From Neodothiora populina (lineage: Eukaryota): a DNA stretch of 20,000 nucleotides. The stretch covers positions 1,356,366-1,376,365 of the forward strand of contig NW_027191410.1 of the NCBI RefSeq assembly GCF_041146345.1. Direction: 5' to 3'. The position numbers and the translations under genes are program-made. Positions 1 to 10,795 of the stretch are shown here, piece after piece (the first letter of the stretch is position 1; each line of letters opens with the position of its first letter). A model generated the notes under the pieces. The model was not told the origin of the DNA. It saw only the letters and a program-made list of their open reading frames with translations, and did no database searches.

Positions 1-60
1 AATAAGAGTGAAGACGACGATCAAGGTGAGCACTACGCCCAAAGACCTGCTTCGCGTCAT
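1..60 (-). CDS. Possible 5' end of a gene running off the left edge; N-terminal signal anchor or signal peptide
   Basis: ATG at 60-58 reads MTRSRSLGVVLTLIVVFTLI (basic N-terminus followed by a hydrophobic stretch) and stays open to the window edge. A CT-rich tract lies upstream on the minus strand (~140-157). Only 20 codons are visible. Confidence 0.3.
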   Translation of the reverse strand, partial: MTRSRSLGVVLTLIVVFTLI

Positions 61-1218
61 GTGCGCGATCCATTTCGGGCAGGTGAGTAAGGATGTCAGA
101 GCAGATCAAGAACAAATCTCCGAATTGAGGCTCTATTGGGAAGAAAAGAAGGATAGAGTGCAGGGACGGCGGTGAGCTTAAATTGATTATGTTTACCTAA
201 GGTACGTTATACCAGATATGCGAGTCTCATATAGCAAGGTAGATCAGAAGTGGGGAGGGATGGAAAAGGTCAAGCCCATCCACTCAACACCCTTCTTACA
301 CCAACTTACCGTTAACCCAACCAACATGGATAGGAGCATTGGGGCTGCTGGCCATGACGTCGAAAATCTCGCTTATCTGCAGCGCCCGTTGACAGCGCGA
401 AAATTTCATATCTTGGTTTCTTTCATCGTCTCAAAGGGGGCGCACAAATGACGAGACGGGATATGGGGAAACAGGCTGAGGTTGAAGGATCACAAGGGCG
501 AGGCAGCGCCGAAAAGGCGGCCGGCCATGATTCGAGCGAAGGCCAGGCCGCTTGGCGCCCCGAGAGGCATTGATAGGAGGATAGGAGGCTCTCGAGATAG
601 ATTTGTTGTTGGTGACGTCGCCGACAAAGAAACATACAGGTACCTACTCTCATTACTACGACGAGATAAGTTGATGTCTTGATGACAAGACTTTGTGGAG
701 CAGGGTAAGGAACACGAAGGGCCGCGAAAAGGTTTGGGGTGTTGAAGCATAATGTATGAGTCGTGAGGCTCACATAAGCAAAACATTAACCGAGGCGAAT
801 CGCCAGCCTTGTCAGAGAGTTCCAGGCCGATCGTTTCGAGGCCCAGCTCTGCTTCATCATCAGCGAGCATCTTCTTGTCAACGAGTCACAGAAGTCTGAA
901 CACTACAGCACAACATGATGATGCTGCTTGCGTACAACGAGGATGTTGGAGAATATATCGGCTTATTGTGGCCAAGGCTGCGTTCATGAAAGAGGGGTAG
1001 GTTGGTAATACCATATATCTTGGTATTAACGATAAGTATATGTACTGCAAGCTCTGCGTTGCCCGCGCTTCTATCTCTCTTCCATTCATCACGAAGTGAC
1101 AGCTTTCATGTCGTCTCAAAATGGTCAACAACCCTGTGAACACTGACGATTGGACGTCCATCATTGAAACATGCCTTGTAACGTCTGCCAAAATCATATC
1201 CTGTCTGTCGTTGGAAGT

Positions 1219-2205
1219 CTACTCGAGCTGTCTCCAGAAGTCTCCGATCAGTTTTGCAACCTCGGGCACCTTCTCCCTGACTACCGCATGTCCCACTTGC
1301 GGAACAACATGAACATTCTCAAACCCAGCCCCTTGCAGATCTTCTTCGCAACATAAATCATCCAGCTCGCCAAGCACGACCAATGAACGAACACCAGTCT
1401 TTGCCGCCTGAGCAAACTCAGCCTGTCGATCCAGAGCACCTCCATCCCTGGAGATAGCAATCACGGAAGACGTATGGCCCTTATGCCAACGTGTCTGCCA
1501 CTCACGCACAGCTTCGGCCACAACTTCGCCTCGTTGTATGCGCTGCTTAGCATCGAGGGGTACGATCAGATCTCCACCCTCCAAGAAGTGCAGGACTCAT
1601 GCCTGGGCGGCATCTTCAAGACCTTCGCCACCTTTGAGGTACTCTCGCTGCTGCTCTGCGAACTCTGATGACCGTATGAAGCCGGCAGGTGCAACAAGCG
1701 CCATACTTTCGACGCGGTGAGGCTGTTTCGCAACATAGGTAGCTGTCACAGCACAGCCAAACGAGAAAGACACAAAGTGTGCCGAGACCCAACTCAAGCG
1801 ATCGAGCAGAGCGTCTAGCAGCGCGTGGAAGAGCGCCGGTTCATGAGGGGCTATCGGCGTCTCGCTCAGTCCATGGCCCCAGAGATCAAACAGGACGCAG
1901 TGCGAGTGCGGGAAGGCGGTGTGTAGCTTTCGCGCTAGAGGTAGCATGCCCAACGCAGGTGTTTGAACGCCATGGATGAAGACGGGGCGATTAGGTGGAC
2001 CTAATAGAGCTTTCTCGGTGGAGCTTGGTAACAGCTCGTATAATACTGCTTTGCCATATGTTGTGCTGATGGACTGCGCTGGTGGCAGCAATGTGCCGAA
2101 TGCCTCTGTAAAGGCCGATTCTGCCGGTGCTTGTATCGAGTGTACTGGGGTCTTGACTGGCGGCCCAGGCCGTGGCAAGACCAACTGACCAAAGAGGATT
2201 GACAT
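1219..2205 (-). pseudogene. Alpha/beta-fold hydrolase with a single premature stop
   Basis: ORFs 1597..2262 and 1219..1584 are in the same frame, separated by one TGA at 1599-1597 (DAAQA*VLHFLEGGDL, probably a Trp position). Motifs: FIHGVQTP, FDLWGHGLS, nucleophile elbow HFVSFSFG, LVAPAG, VLGELDD (acid) and VGHAVVRE (His). Likely start ATG at 2205. Confidence 0.85.
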
Positions 2206-2531
2206 GTCCGTATCTACTCGTAGATGCTTGCTGTTCTTGAATCCGCCGTTGTTCAATTGCAATCGGGGGAGGATACCTTGAGGTCGCGCGTATCGGTCCG
2301 TCTGCCTTTATGTCCGACGATGCTCGACTTTGTAACTTGTCCAGTTCTGAGTAAGTTCTCGATAGGATACTTATCTCCAGGCAGCCATACTCCACAGATA
2401 TGATACGTACATATTTACTAACTATAGGACAAATGGATGTGAGGGCTCACCCCCATGTTTCTGCTGTTGTAATTAGTTCAAATTTTGCGGGGAAATCCAG
2501 AAAGTGCTCTCACCCCTATTATCTACCCAGT

Positions 2532-2846
2532 ATTGATTGATTGATTGATTGATTGATCTATCAAGCTATTCACGGTCTTGTCGTCTGTATGAGCTGTCTA
2601 ATGTCGTTCCCTCGTTTTCTTGCCTGTTGCTTAGCCTCACGGATGATAAAAGAAGAACAATATAATGCTTAACGCTCCTTATTCCCTAATCGCTACCCTC
2701 CTGTTGCTGTAGAGGGATAGCTGCCATCCTGGTTGTCTGTTAAAGGAACCGGACCGTCGCTTTCACAATTTTCAAATTCGGTCTCCACCTCTCGAGCGGG
2801 CCATTTACTAGCTGATCTGTGCGCATTTCTCTTTTCTTACTGTACC
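2532..2846 (-). mobile_element. 3' end of a Tad1-like LINE (ORF2 C-terminus, 3' UTR, (AATC)n tail), RIP-mutated
   Basis: (ATTG)6 at 2532-2555 is followed by ~290 bp that align with ~19013-19292. Differences are almost all C/T or G/A transitions plus one 9-bp indel. Homology ends exactly where the LTR at 2847 begins. Confidence 0.85.
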
Positions 2847-3078
2847 TGTAATAGCATAGGTGACCCGTGCTTTGGGTCGCCAAGTAGGGGTCTGGATGCC
2901 TTAGGCGTCGACCCTTTCGTCCGAACCCCGCTTACAGTACCGCATGCTTGTAGCATGCGGGCCGCATGCGCGGTATTCACTATATGAGAGGGGTGTCCCC
3001 TCATTGCCTATTGAAGGCAACGATTAGTCTTGATTTTATAGGACATCTATTCCTATAGGAGGACCATACGTTGCTACA
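2847..3078 (+). mobile_element. 232-bp LTR (family A) of an LTR retrotransposon
   Basis: Termini TGTAATA...TGCTACA (TG...CA; a 7-bp inverted repeat TGTAGCA if two transitions are reverted). Internal hairpin CCGCATGCT-tgt-AGCATGCGG at 2940-2960. It interrupts the LINE. No TSD (gtacc / cttag). Strand inferred. Confidence 0.6.
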
Positions 3079-3265
3079 CTTAGTTATTCCGTTACATCTA
3101 GTCTACTAATATAGAATGACGGGGTTTTATAAGGTAGACTATAAAGAGCCACCTTCAGGTAGCGAAACTGTTTTGCCTCGCCGCCGCCCTACGGCGCTAT
3201 CGGCTCTATATAGTTATTGTTTAACCTTTTGTTGCGCTAGAAGCTCAACCTTAAAAGGGGGATAC
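3079..3265 (+). mobile_element. Short internal retrotransposon remnant ending in a polypurine tract
   Basis: AAAAGGGGGA (3253-3262) plus TAC directly precedes the TGTCA start of the next LTR, the usual PPT/3' LTR junction of fungal Ty3/gypsy elements. Confidence 0.65.
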
Positions 3266-3463
3266 TGTCACGGTGTAGTTGTTAACTACCAAGACACCTG
3301 AGTTAGTATAGGTCACGTGACCTATACTCCTGACTCGTGGCTTCAACGCTGTACTTCTCTGTCCTCGACCTAGTACTGTCTTTCCTCCCCTGTCTACGTC
3401 TCGTCATATAACTTGGACCCATATCTACGTACTGATCTTTATTCCTGACTCCGAACCATGACA
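3266..3463 (+). mobile_element. 198-bp LTR (family B), copy 1
   Basis: Termini TGTCACGG...CCATGACA, preceded by the PPT. It is the full-length reverse-complement homologue of 3710-3907. It contains the 24-bp palindrome AGTATAGGTCACGTGACCTATACT (3305-3328). Confidence 0.85.
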
Positions 3464-3709
3464 ATTAACCTATCTGGTCCTAGTGAGCACATAGCTGTTT
3501 TACCGCGGCTTAATTGCTATGATTGAGATGCTAGCCCCAGCCGAACGAAACCTGAACTTACCGATCCCGCAAATTAATCCGCGAAAACCCTCGAGACTAA
3601 GAGTACTAAAGATGGTACCTCAGGGTCGCCCTAGAGTATGACAGCTATGTTAAAATTCTCTTCCTATTAGTAACGACTCTGATTAACAACTTTAGAAATG
3701 TTCGATTAG

Positions 3710-3907
3710 TGTCAGGGTTCGGAGTCAGGAATAAAGATCAGTACGTAGATATGGGTCCAAGCTATATGACGAGACGTAGACAAGGGAGGAAAGACAGTAC
3801 GAGGTCGAGGACAGGGAAGTACGGCGTTGAAGCCACGAGTCAGGAGTATAGATCACGTGATCTATACTAACTCAGGTGTCACGGTGGTCAACGACCAAAC
3901 CGTGACA
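3710..3907 (-). mobile_element. 198-bp LTR (family B), copy 2, inverted
   Basis: TGTCAGGG...CCGTGACA on the + strand. The reverse complement aligns without gaps to 3266-3463, mostly with transitions. No TSD (attag / cgtct). It truncates the gene at 3908-4778. Confidence 0.85.
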
Positions 3908-4778
3908 CGTCTTGTGTTAATTCTTTGGTTAGAATAAGTGATAGAAAATTGGCCGTGATAGGAAGTCGCCAGCGCGGTCTAAAAAGCTCTCCTATCTGCA
4001 TCGCTGCCTTTAACTGTTCTATCCTTATGCCATGTTGCCCGACTCTTATGTTTGTGCGCGAATTAAGTACTTCCTTCGCTAAGTAGCATCATAGATCGCC
4101 CATCGAATCCTTAAAGCTTGGCTGAAGCAAGAAGAGATCACAATCTATGAGACAGGATGAGGAGACGATTACACTTCTTTCTTCGATTTTTAGTGCTCCT
4201 TGAGCTAGATCTTCTCTAAAGTAGCAAGAAAGAGGTCCAGAAGCTGTGTTGCGTATGCGTTTCCGCGTAGCTGAAAACTCAGCTAAGCTGGGATTGAAAC
4301 GGCTATAGAAGTCCATGAGGTCTAAGTCTCGGACGAACACGCGCTCTGCAAATATAGTAGTGTCTACCACGTAAAGCATTATCTCGTTTAGATCTGTCCC
4401 ACGACGAGAGCGTCTGTAGCATATGTACTGAATTGCGAAAAGAAGTGAACTAGTCCAGGAGATCATGTTGCTAGGGTCTCCAGACGAGGAATGCTAACGT
4501 AGATGTTCATCGAGCATTGTAGCGACCTGTTCCGGCCTTTTCCTCTCGAAGATGTCCTTAAATGCCGTGACCTTCTCCAGGCAAGCGGCTTTTGATCGTG
4601 TCTAAGTAGGATCCATAGAACTGTCTAAGTGCGAATCATAGACTCGAAACAGGTAGCGTGGAAGGGGACTCAGAGCTTTGTCAGTCCTATCCGTGTTACC
4701 TAGAGGTTTCAATAGGATGGATTCAGTGACATCTATCATCAGAGCCTACAAGTCAGTCGTCAATTTATCGATGGACAT
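3908..4778 (-). pseudogene. Fungal DUF7587-like protein (possible ADP-ribosyltransferase-like fold), 4 in-frame stops, 3'-truncated by an LTR
   Basis: One frame from ATG 4778 reads MSIDKLTTDL*ALM...PLPRYLFRVYDSH...DPT*TRS...EHLR*HSS...MISWTSSLLFAIQY...YFREDLAQGALKI...GDL*CYLAKEV...FRPRWRLPITANFLSL. Stops are at 4748-4746, 4604-4602, 4496-4494 and 4091-4089. Family recognised from the PRYLFRV / SWTSSLLFAxQY / YFGEYLSQG-like motifs. Confidence 0.7.
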
Positions 4779-5037
4779 GATGCGTGTATTTAGAGATGTG
4801 AGAGCTTGATGGTGGATGGGAAAGTGTGTCAAAATGAAGACAGTAGTGTTCAATTGTTTGGTTGAGTAATGTGATAGTTCCGCAGACCGGCCAGAACCGA
4901 CTGAAGATATAAGGTCCGCGAGAATATCGGGCAGTGGTTAAAATGCAATCAGACAAGTTCTTTTAGGCGCGTTGCCCAATTGCGATGATGTTGTGCAGGC
5001 AGGTATAAGCCGTCAGTGGTTCCAATTGGTTAGGGGC

Positions 5038-5057
5038 TGTGTGTGTGTGTGTGTGTG
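5038..5057 (+). repeat. (TG)10 microsatellite
   Basis: Ten perfect TG units. Confidence 0.95.
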
Positions 5058-7741
5058 CGTGCGATGGGGAAGGGGATGGGACCGTGGGTAAAATCACATC
5101 CAATGATCTACTTCTGACACGGTGTGATAAGCGGGGATGATCGCTGGCTACCTCCATGTACGGAGCTGGACATCGACGTATCGAGCTATCATCACTGTTA
5201 GACTGGTGCTGCCACCTTACGCATCTACTGCGTATCATGCATGCCAGTGAAGTAGATAAGTCAACGGGCGACTTTATGATCTGATAGATCTCGGGGTATG
5301 TCGCATAAACTGACAAAGTCTTTCACCACTTTCTTGACCCATGGTGACCATCAAATCAGGTTTATGAGCAACACGAAAGCGGCTTACTGAGTTGACGTCA
5401 ATTTGCACGTACTGAGCTTGGCAGATCCGGTCATGTCGAGATTCGGTAGGATTAGATAAACAATGCTTAAAAGTCATAGGTATCTAGCGTTTTGCCGTGG
5501 TGGCGTGACTATTACACTAACATGGTCTTCCAGCGTCTGGTGTTACTCGTTGCTTCATGCGCGTGCTACGATCAATTCTTTCATAGGTCTCTCAGCATAC
5601 TCTAAGCAGGTACGTTTACAGCCTCCATAATAGGTCACTAGTTCATAAACCCTGTGTTCTATCGCAAGCAATGACTGCCCACTAACAACCTGGTTCATGC
5701 AGTCGCGTCAATCCAATCTAGGTCCGAGTTGATGGTTCTTTAGGAACAATTTGCTCTGCTAGCAAGTTGATGCAGGGTGATGAACATCACTCAATCACGC
5801 ATGTGTGAGTGCTCGGATAAAGGCTTTCTCGTTGTAAGCTAACAGAGTCTATGCTGCAGAGATGTCTCCAAGACTTCTCTTTCTTATTATCTTTCTTGTT
5901 CTCGCTAGCACGGTACTGTTTCGTCCCGGATCTCGGAGCTTTAATAACACCTTCCTGTGCAGAGTATGACGTCTCAGGCGATCCTATCAGCTGTCTCATG
6001 GGGAATATCGTGCTCACAATCGACACTGCACATACTAAAAAGATCCCATACTACCATATCTGAAAGATCGATGGTCTGCTTCGTTCCTCCAGAGATTTCC
6101 ATTCGTATGAAACCTGTTTCGGTCTAAACTTTTGTATTAAGCCCCTCGTGCATCACTTCTTCACTGGTATCTCTGGCAGTTGGTTTTTAATATTACTTAG
6201 CAGAAATGCTAGATTTTGACTGTGACGCTCGACAATACTGTTCCGATATTAAACAATGCTTCACAAGACGAGTCCAAGGTAAGGGAAATTAGCTACTACT
6301 GACGTTGGGTCTAAATGTGACTTAGTGGATGGTGCTTCGACTTTGACGCAACGCACTAAGGTCTGTCATTAAATCTTCTAAGGATTATCTTGAACATGCT
6401 GCTATAGGAAAGCTTTTTCAACATTGTTCCCTGCAGCGTTGATAGTCAGTCTAGCACTCTACGGAGATCGATTTTGCAAAGTGTCCTGAAAATCACGCAG
6501 GCTTAGAGGAACATGTAGAGTTCGCAAGCGCATGCCGATTCGTTCCCGTGAGCTTGATCCTCGGCGTCAGACCCAGGAGCTTTGATGTAGAGATGCGTTA
6601 TTGCTATTTAAAGCCTATACTATGGTACATCGTTCGTACGCAGGTGTTCTCCATTGCCAATTGTGAACCAGCAGGATTGCCTACTCATGCGATGGGAACC
6701 TTGATCTAGAATTGCCGTTCCATCAAAAGAGAAAGGTGGACATGCAGCGCAAGAGGTATAACACCGTCAGCCGATTTCCTTATCTACATATCAGCGTGTC
6801 AAGGCACGAGTAAGTGTGTCGATGTCTGCATGGATGTCAAAAGCTATTCAGTGATACATGTAGATTCTCTTAGTCCCTATGATGTCTGTAACAAGGATTA
6901 GACTTAATCAGACTGACTTCTCAAACGCTGCAATTATGAGGACTTAAGTTTCGCAGCCTAAACACCTGTGAACGAGGTATCTTAGCATATACGCTGATTG
7001 CATCTCACTAAGCCTGAAAATGTCGGGAGCAGATAACGAAAGTATAGTTTGCCTGTGGTACCGTTACCTATTTATGGCTTGTCCTACAACAGGGGTTGAG
7101 ATGGACCTGGGTATGGGCAGGCAAAATTATTCCTTACTTATATCGCTAATTTTCACTGCTCACTACATAGTCGAATAACACCCAACCACCACTCAGCTTT
7201 AATCGTATCCCATTAGTTGATCATGTGATTTTCACCTCAACTTTAGTGGCAAAGCTACTTCCGCAGTGTATGAAGTATATGACAATATCTTTAAGGTACT
7301 TCCCTATCTCACAGCAGTCGCATGACTCACGCTAGCTATAGTCCCAGCAGCCAAATTTCAAGTAGGTCCATGGCGCAGGGCTAAGTGTGCCCAAATATAC
7401 ATGCTGTAAGTTCGACACTAAAGCGTACTGTAAGATGTATACAGAGTACACGTTCAGTCATTTATATCGTCAGCATGTCCTCACCCACTTCACTCTCTTC
7501 TTCCCATCACTCGGCTTCTCACCGATCCTAAAAGACAATTGCATCATATCTCTAGGTCCCACTAATAACATATTCTGCTGTCCTGATGTTAGTCCATATT
7601 CTCGGCCGATTCAAACTAAGAAGGACCACATATACAATGCATTCGTCAATGCCGCACGAGGCTCGCTGCCAGAGTCCGGAGCTTTCAGAGAGGAATCTGA
7701 CCAGTCGATTCGTTCTTAAGTACTGTGCACAGATAGCTACA

Positions 7742-8957
7742 AAATTCCCATGGTAGAATCATGCTAGGTGGATCGATCCAGAACTCACATCGACTAGTCT
7801 ATTCGATGATCGTAACTGCCGGTCTGTACGAAACGCTCTGCAAAGGCTCTTGACTTACAAGCTGATTCGGCATTTAGATTCGACATCGCACAGGATCTAA
7901 TCTCACGCGAAGTCATCTTAGATCTCGAGTTTTTAATGAGGACAGTCAAAGCTACGTCCTATCATGCAACCACAGAGACGAAGTCGTTCCGCAAAGGATG
8001 CATGCAAGTCTTAAGCAACCATAAAGTTATCGAGAGTCATGGCAACGAACCAGGGTTCACTGAACACAATTCGAATGGAACGATATTGTACGATGTACGT
8101 TTTGGACCGTTAAATCTCGATCGCAAAACAGCAGACAGCTATCGTGTTCTTAAAGTCGATTAGACGGGATATCCTACATAGAGCCCGAAAATAACAGCTG
8201 GGTCCTTCTTACATGATTCTCACCGGCTGCTGAGTGAGGATGTAAATTCGGCCCTCTCTGCTTTGTTTAATAACACCGTCTATTTCAGTTGAATTAGCGC
8301 GACTGAGCTTGTCAAACGGGTAATACTTGTCTCCGAAAACTCCACTCGGTTAGACAGCATGTACTAAGTATTATGCGGAACCACTAACACTTTATTCGAG
8401 ACAAGTCTCCATGTGGGCGATGCAGGAAGATACGTTCGCGCTGTGTCTGTTACTACAGGTGACACTGTCTTAGCGGCGAGTCCAGTGCTAGACATGCGGA
8501 CGAGTGAAACTCTTAAGAAAACTTGGAATATCGATGCTTTCAGCTCACGATGCAAGGAGAATAAGAGCAGGAAAAATGATGACGACAAGCACCAAATCGA
8601 CAAGGGCCGGGTCGATATCTAAGCTTATGAGATCGCGGCACTGGCCGAACGATACAACGCGCTTAAGGAAGACTGGTAGAATGTGCAAGTGACCACGCAA
8701 AACATCTTGATTGCTGTCGTACTTAGCGGATCTCTTGCGATGTTCATAATCATTCCGATGCTAATTTGGCAAAATCGTCTCTTTCTTTTAAGATCACTAG
8801 TTTACATCCCTTGCGGGACTATACCGAAGTATCGAGCACAAAATATGACAAAGTAGATCACAGTCCGAATAGTCGATCCGGCGACACCGACTCGGAGAAA
8901 GCGCTGGATCGTCGCAGGTCGGAAGAAAGCAACGAAGACGGCCTAAATACAGTATAG
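7742..8957 (+). pseudogene. Arylsulfotransferase (ASST, fungal Arylsulfotran_2 type), C-terminal half, heavily degraded
   Basis: Colinear degenerate motifs: FPW*NHARW...SLFDD (cf. FxWQHHAR...LFDN), KGCMQVLSNHKVIESHGNEPGFTEH (cf. SQGSxQxLPNGNVLVGWGxxPxFTE), SYRVLKVD*TGYP (cf. SYRAxKxxWxGxP), VYFS*ISATEL (cf. VSWNGATEV), FETSL...YVRAVSV...VLAAS, then a TM segment ILIAVVLSGSLAMFIIIPMLIW. Stops at 7754, 8161, 8179, 8290, 8365, 8620 and 8677, plus a probable frameshift near 8770. The 5' boundary is not resolved. Confidence 0.8.
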
Positions 8958-9057
8958 CAGCGTATGGTGGCCAGTTGAAAACGGATCTTTGACCGGAGGC
9001 AGGATTTCATACATCATGAAGACAAATACTAGCACAATTAACATTATTGGCGGTTAA

Positions 9058-9088
9058 AATCTCTAAAGGTTTGAATCTCTAAAGGTTT
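9058..9088 (+). repeat. Short tandem duplication (16-bp period)
   Basis: AATCTCTAAAGGTTT at 9058-9072 and again at 9074-9088. Confidence 0.9.
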
Positions 9089-9249
9089 AACATCGCTTAG
9101 CGACAGATGTGGATTATATGAAGGCTTCAGTCTGGAAGCGCTTTTCGCCAGCAGTACTTTCAGTAACCTGTCCTACTAAAGCTATGACAAGCTACAAGAT
9201 GCGGAAGTGAACGTGCGAGGGCACATAGCCTAAAGGCTGACCAGTTTCA

Positions 9250-10795
9250 TTACCCCTTATAGCGGTTCATAATCCATTATGTCCCCTTGTCAATGATCAT
9301 GCGCTGACTGTCGTTACTGGTTATACTATGGAGGTCGGTACTTTCGTTATCACGTTTGCCAGTATGTATGGACGCTGTTAAGCTCTCCCGCACAGGGTGA
9401 TTGACGTGGTTAGTATCGCGCGACTCTTGTCCTTCAAGCTCTGGCAAGCGATTCATGCCGTTGTACGGTCTGATGCTGGGAATAACAGCGACTTAATTAC
9501 TATCTGGCTAAGGGACATTTGTTCTTCCAAGCTTGTTCATTTCGTAACCTCTAGTAGCCGATGAATCGGGGGCAGAGAAGCCTACTCCGTAGCTGTATGC
9601 GGAAGCTGCAGTGCTGTTCTGCCTAAACGCGCTATAGTGAGTCGCGAGATTGTTGACGAAAGGTCGGAGACATAGGATCGTTGCAGAAATGATGGAGTAA
9701 TTGAGTTCTGTCTGTGTCCAGACCACGAATTCGTCATAAAACAAGGTCGGGTCGGTCGTGAAGTGAGATGTTGGAAACGTTTTCAGGCGAAAGGCCACAG
9801 CAATGATTATGCTAACAACACGGATTAGTCCATGAGTATTTCTATCCAATAAGATTAGAATAATTTTCAGTTGTCGGCACGGGTGTTGAGCGAGTAGTCG
9901 CAGAACAAAAGATCATGTTACGTACGGAAGACGGAAACTGAACGCAAAAACTACCAGCCGTTTCGCTGATCCAGAGATCCTGATGCTCTAGACAAGATAG
10001 ATCGCCATACAGACGAGGGCCATCTCGAACATGATGTCGAATGCACCAAAGAGTTTCCAGCGAAGGAACTAAACCTTGTGGTCAGCATTAAGTCATATAT
10101 TTATGGAATACAGCAAGGTCGCGATACTGTTCGAAGACACCTCTGTCCAATAGTTACCTAAGGACGAACAAGGTTGCATTGTAATGCAAGCGCAATCGAA
10201 AACGTAGTCGTCCAGAAGCTTATAAGAATCAACGCGATACGGAAGGTCCGTCGATGATGATCGATAGGCGTAAGACGAAGTAGGAGAAATGCCACAGACA
10301 GCTTGGACAGTCCCAGAGAGAGGACATAGAAGATAATGGCAGTATAGTAGAGCTTTCGATACTGTGTCAATCAAGGCTATTCCTATCGTCGCACAATTGC
10401 TCGCATGATCCAACCGCACGCACCTGCTGAACTTTGTCGATAAGCTCTAGTGGGACAAGCTTGATCGACTTTCCGAGGCCTTTCGAACATGCATCTAGGA
10501 GTAGTCCTGACTGTACGACAAGCAGGAGCTGCCTTGAACATCAGTGAAGGGTGTGCGAGAAAAGACCATGTGGAGGAGAACCTACTGTGGCAGCTGCAAG
10601 AGATCCATCATCTAGCCCCTATCTCTGGTGCGCAGTCGATCGAATGATGTATCTGATGACTCCGAAAACGAGAGTACACGCGAGGCCTAGTGCTGTAGTG
10701 ATGATAATCCATGCTTTATGATCTGTACCAGTCACAACAGCGAATGGCGGGTAATGATTCGGGGGAATGTCAAAGTATGGATGCGTATGTGACAT
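9250..10795 (-). pseudogene. PTH11-like (fungal rhodopsin-domain) integral membrane protein without CFEM, 6 premature stops
   Basis: ATG at 10795; GT-AG introns at 10585-10529, 10423-10353, 10127-10069 and 9925-9812. Motifs: GLDD, CSKGLGKS, LYYTAIIFYVLSLGLSKLSV, ALQC..P*, AFDIMFE, FAFSFRLP, VWTQTELNYSIISATILCLRPF and C-terminal SNDSQRMIIDK. Stops at 10619, 10158, 9988, 9508, 9493 and 9277; probable natural stop at 9250-9252. Confidence 0.85.

Noticed and set aside
218..1197. Overlapping short ORFs (63-126 aa) on both strands
   Set aside because: No recognisable motif, mutual overlap, and several have non-ATG starts.
2532..2557. (ATTG)n treated as an independent microsatellite
   Set aside because: It occurs at the same end of both LINE copies, so it is the element's 3' tail.
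4800..7740. Short ORFs and a possible 5' half of the arylsulfotransferase
   Set aside because: No family motif could be read confidently. A degraded gene may be present, and BLASTX would be needed to decide.
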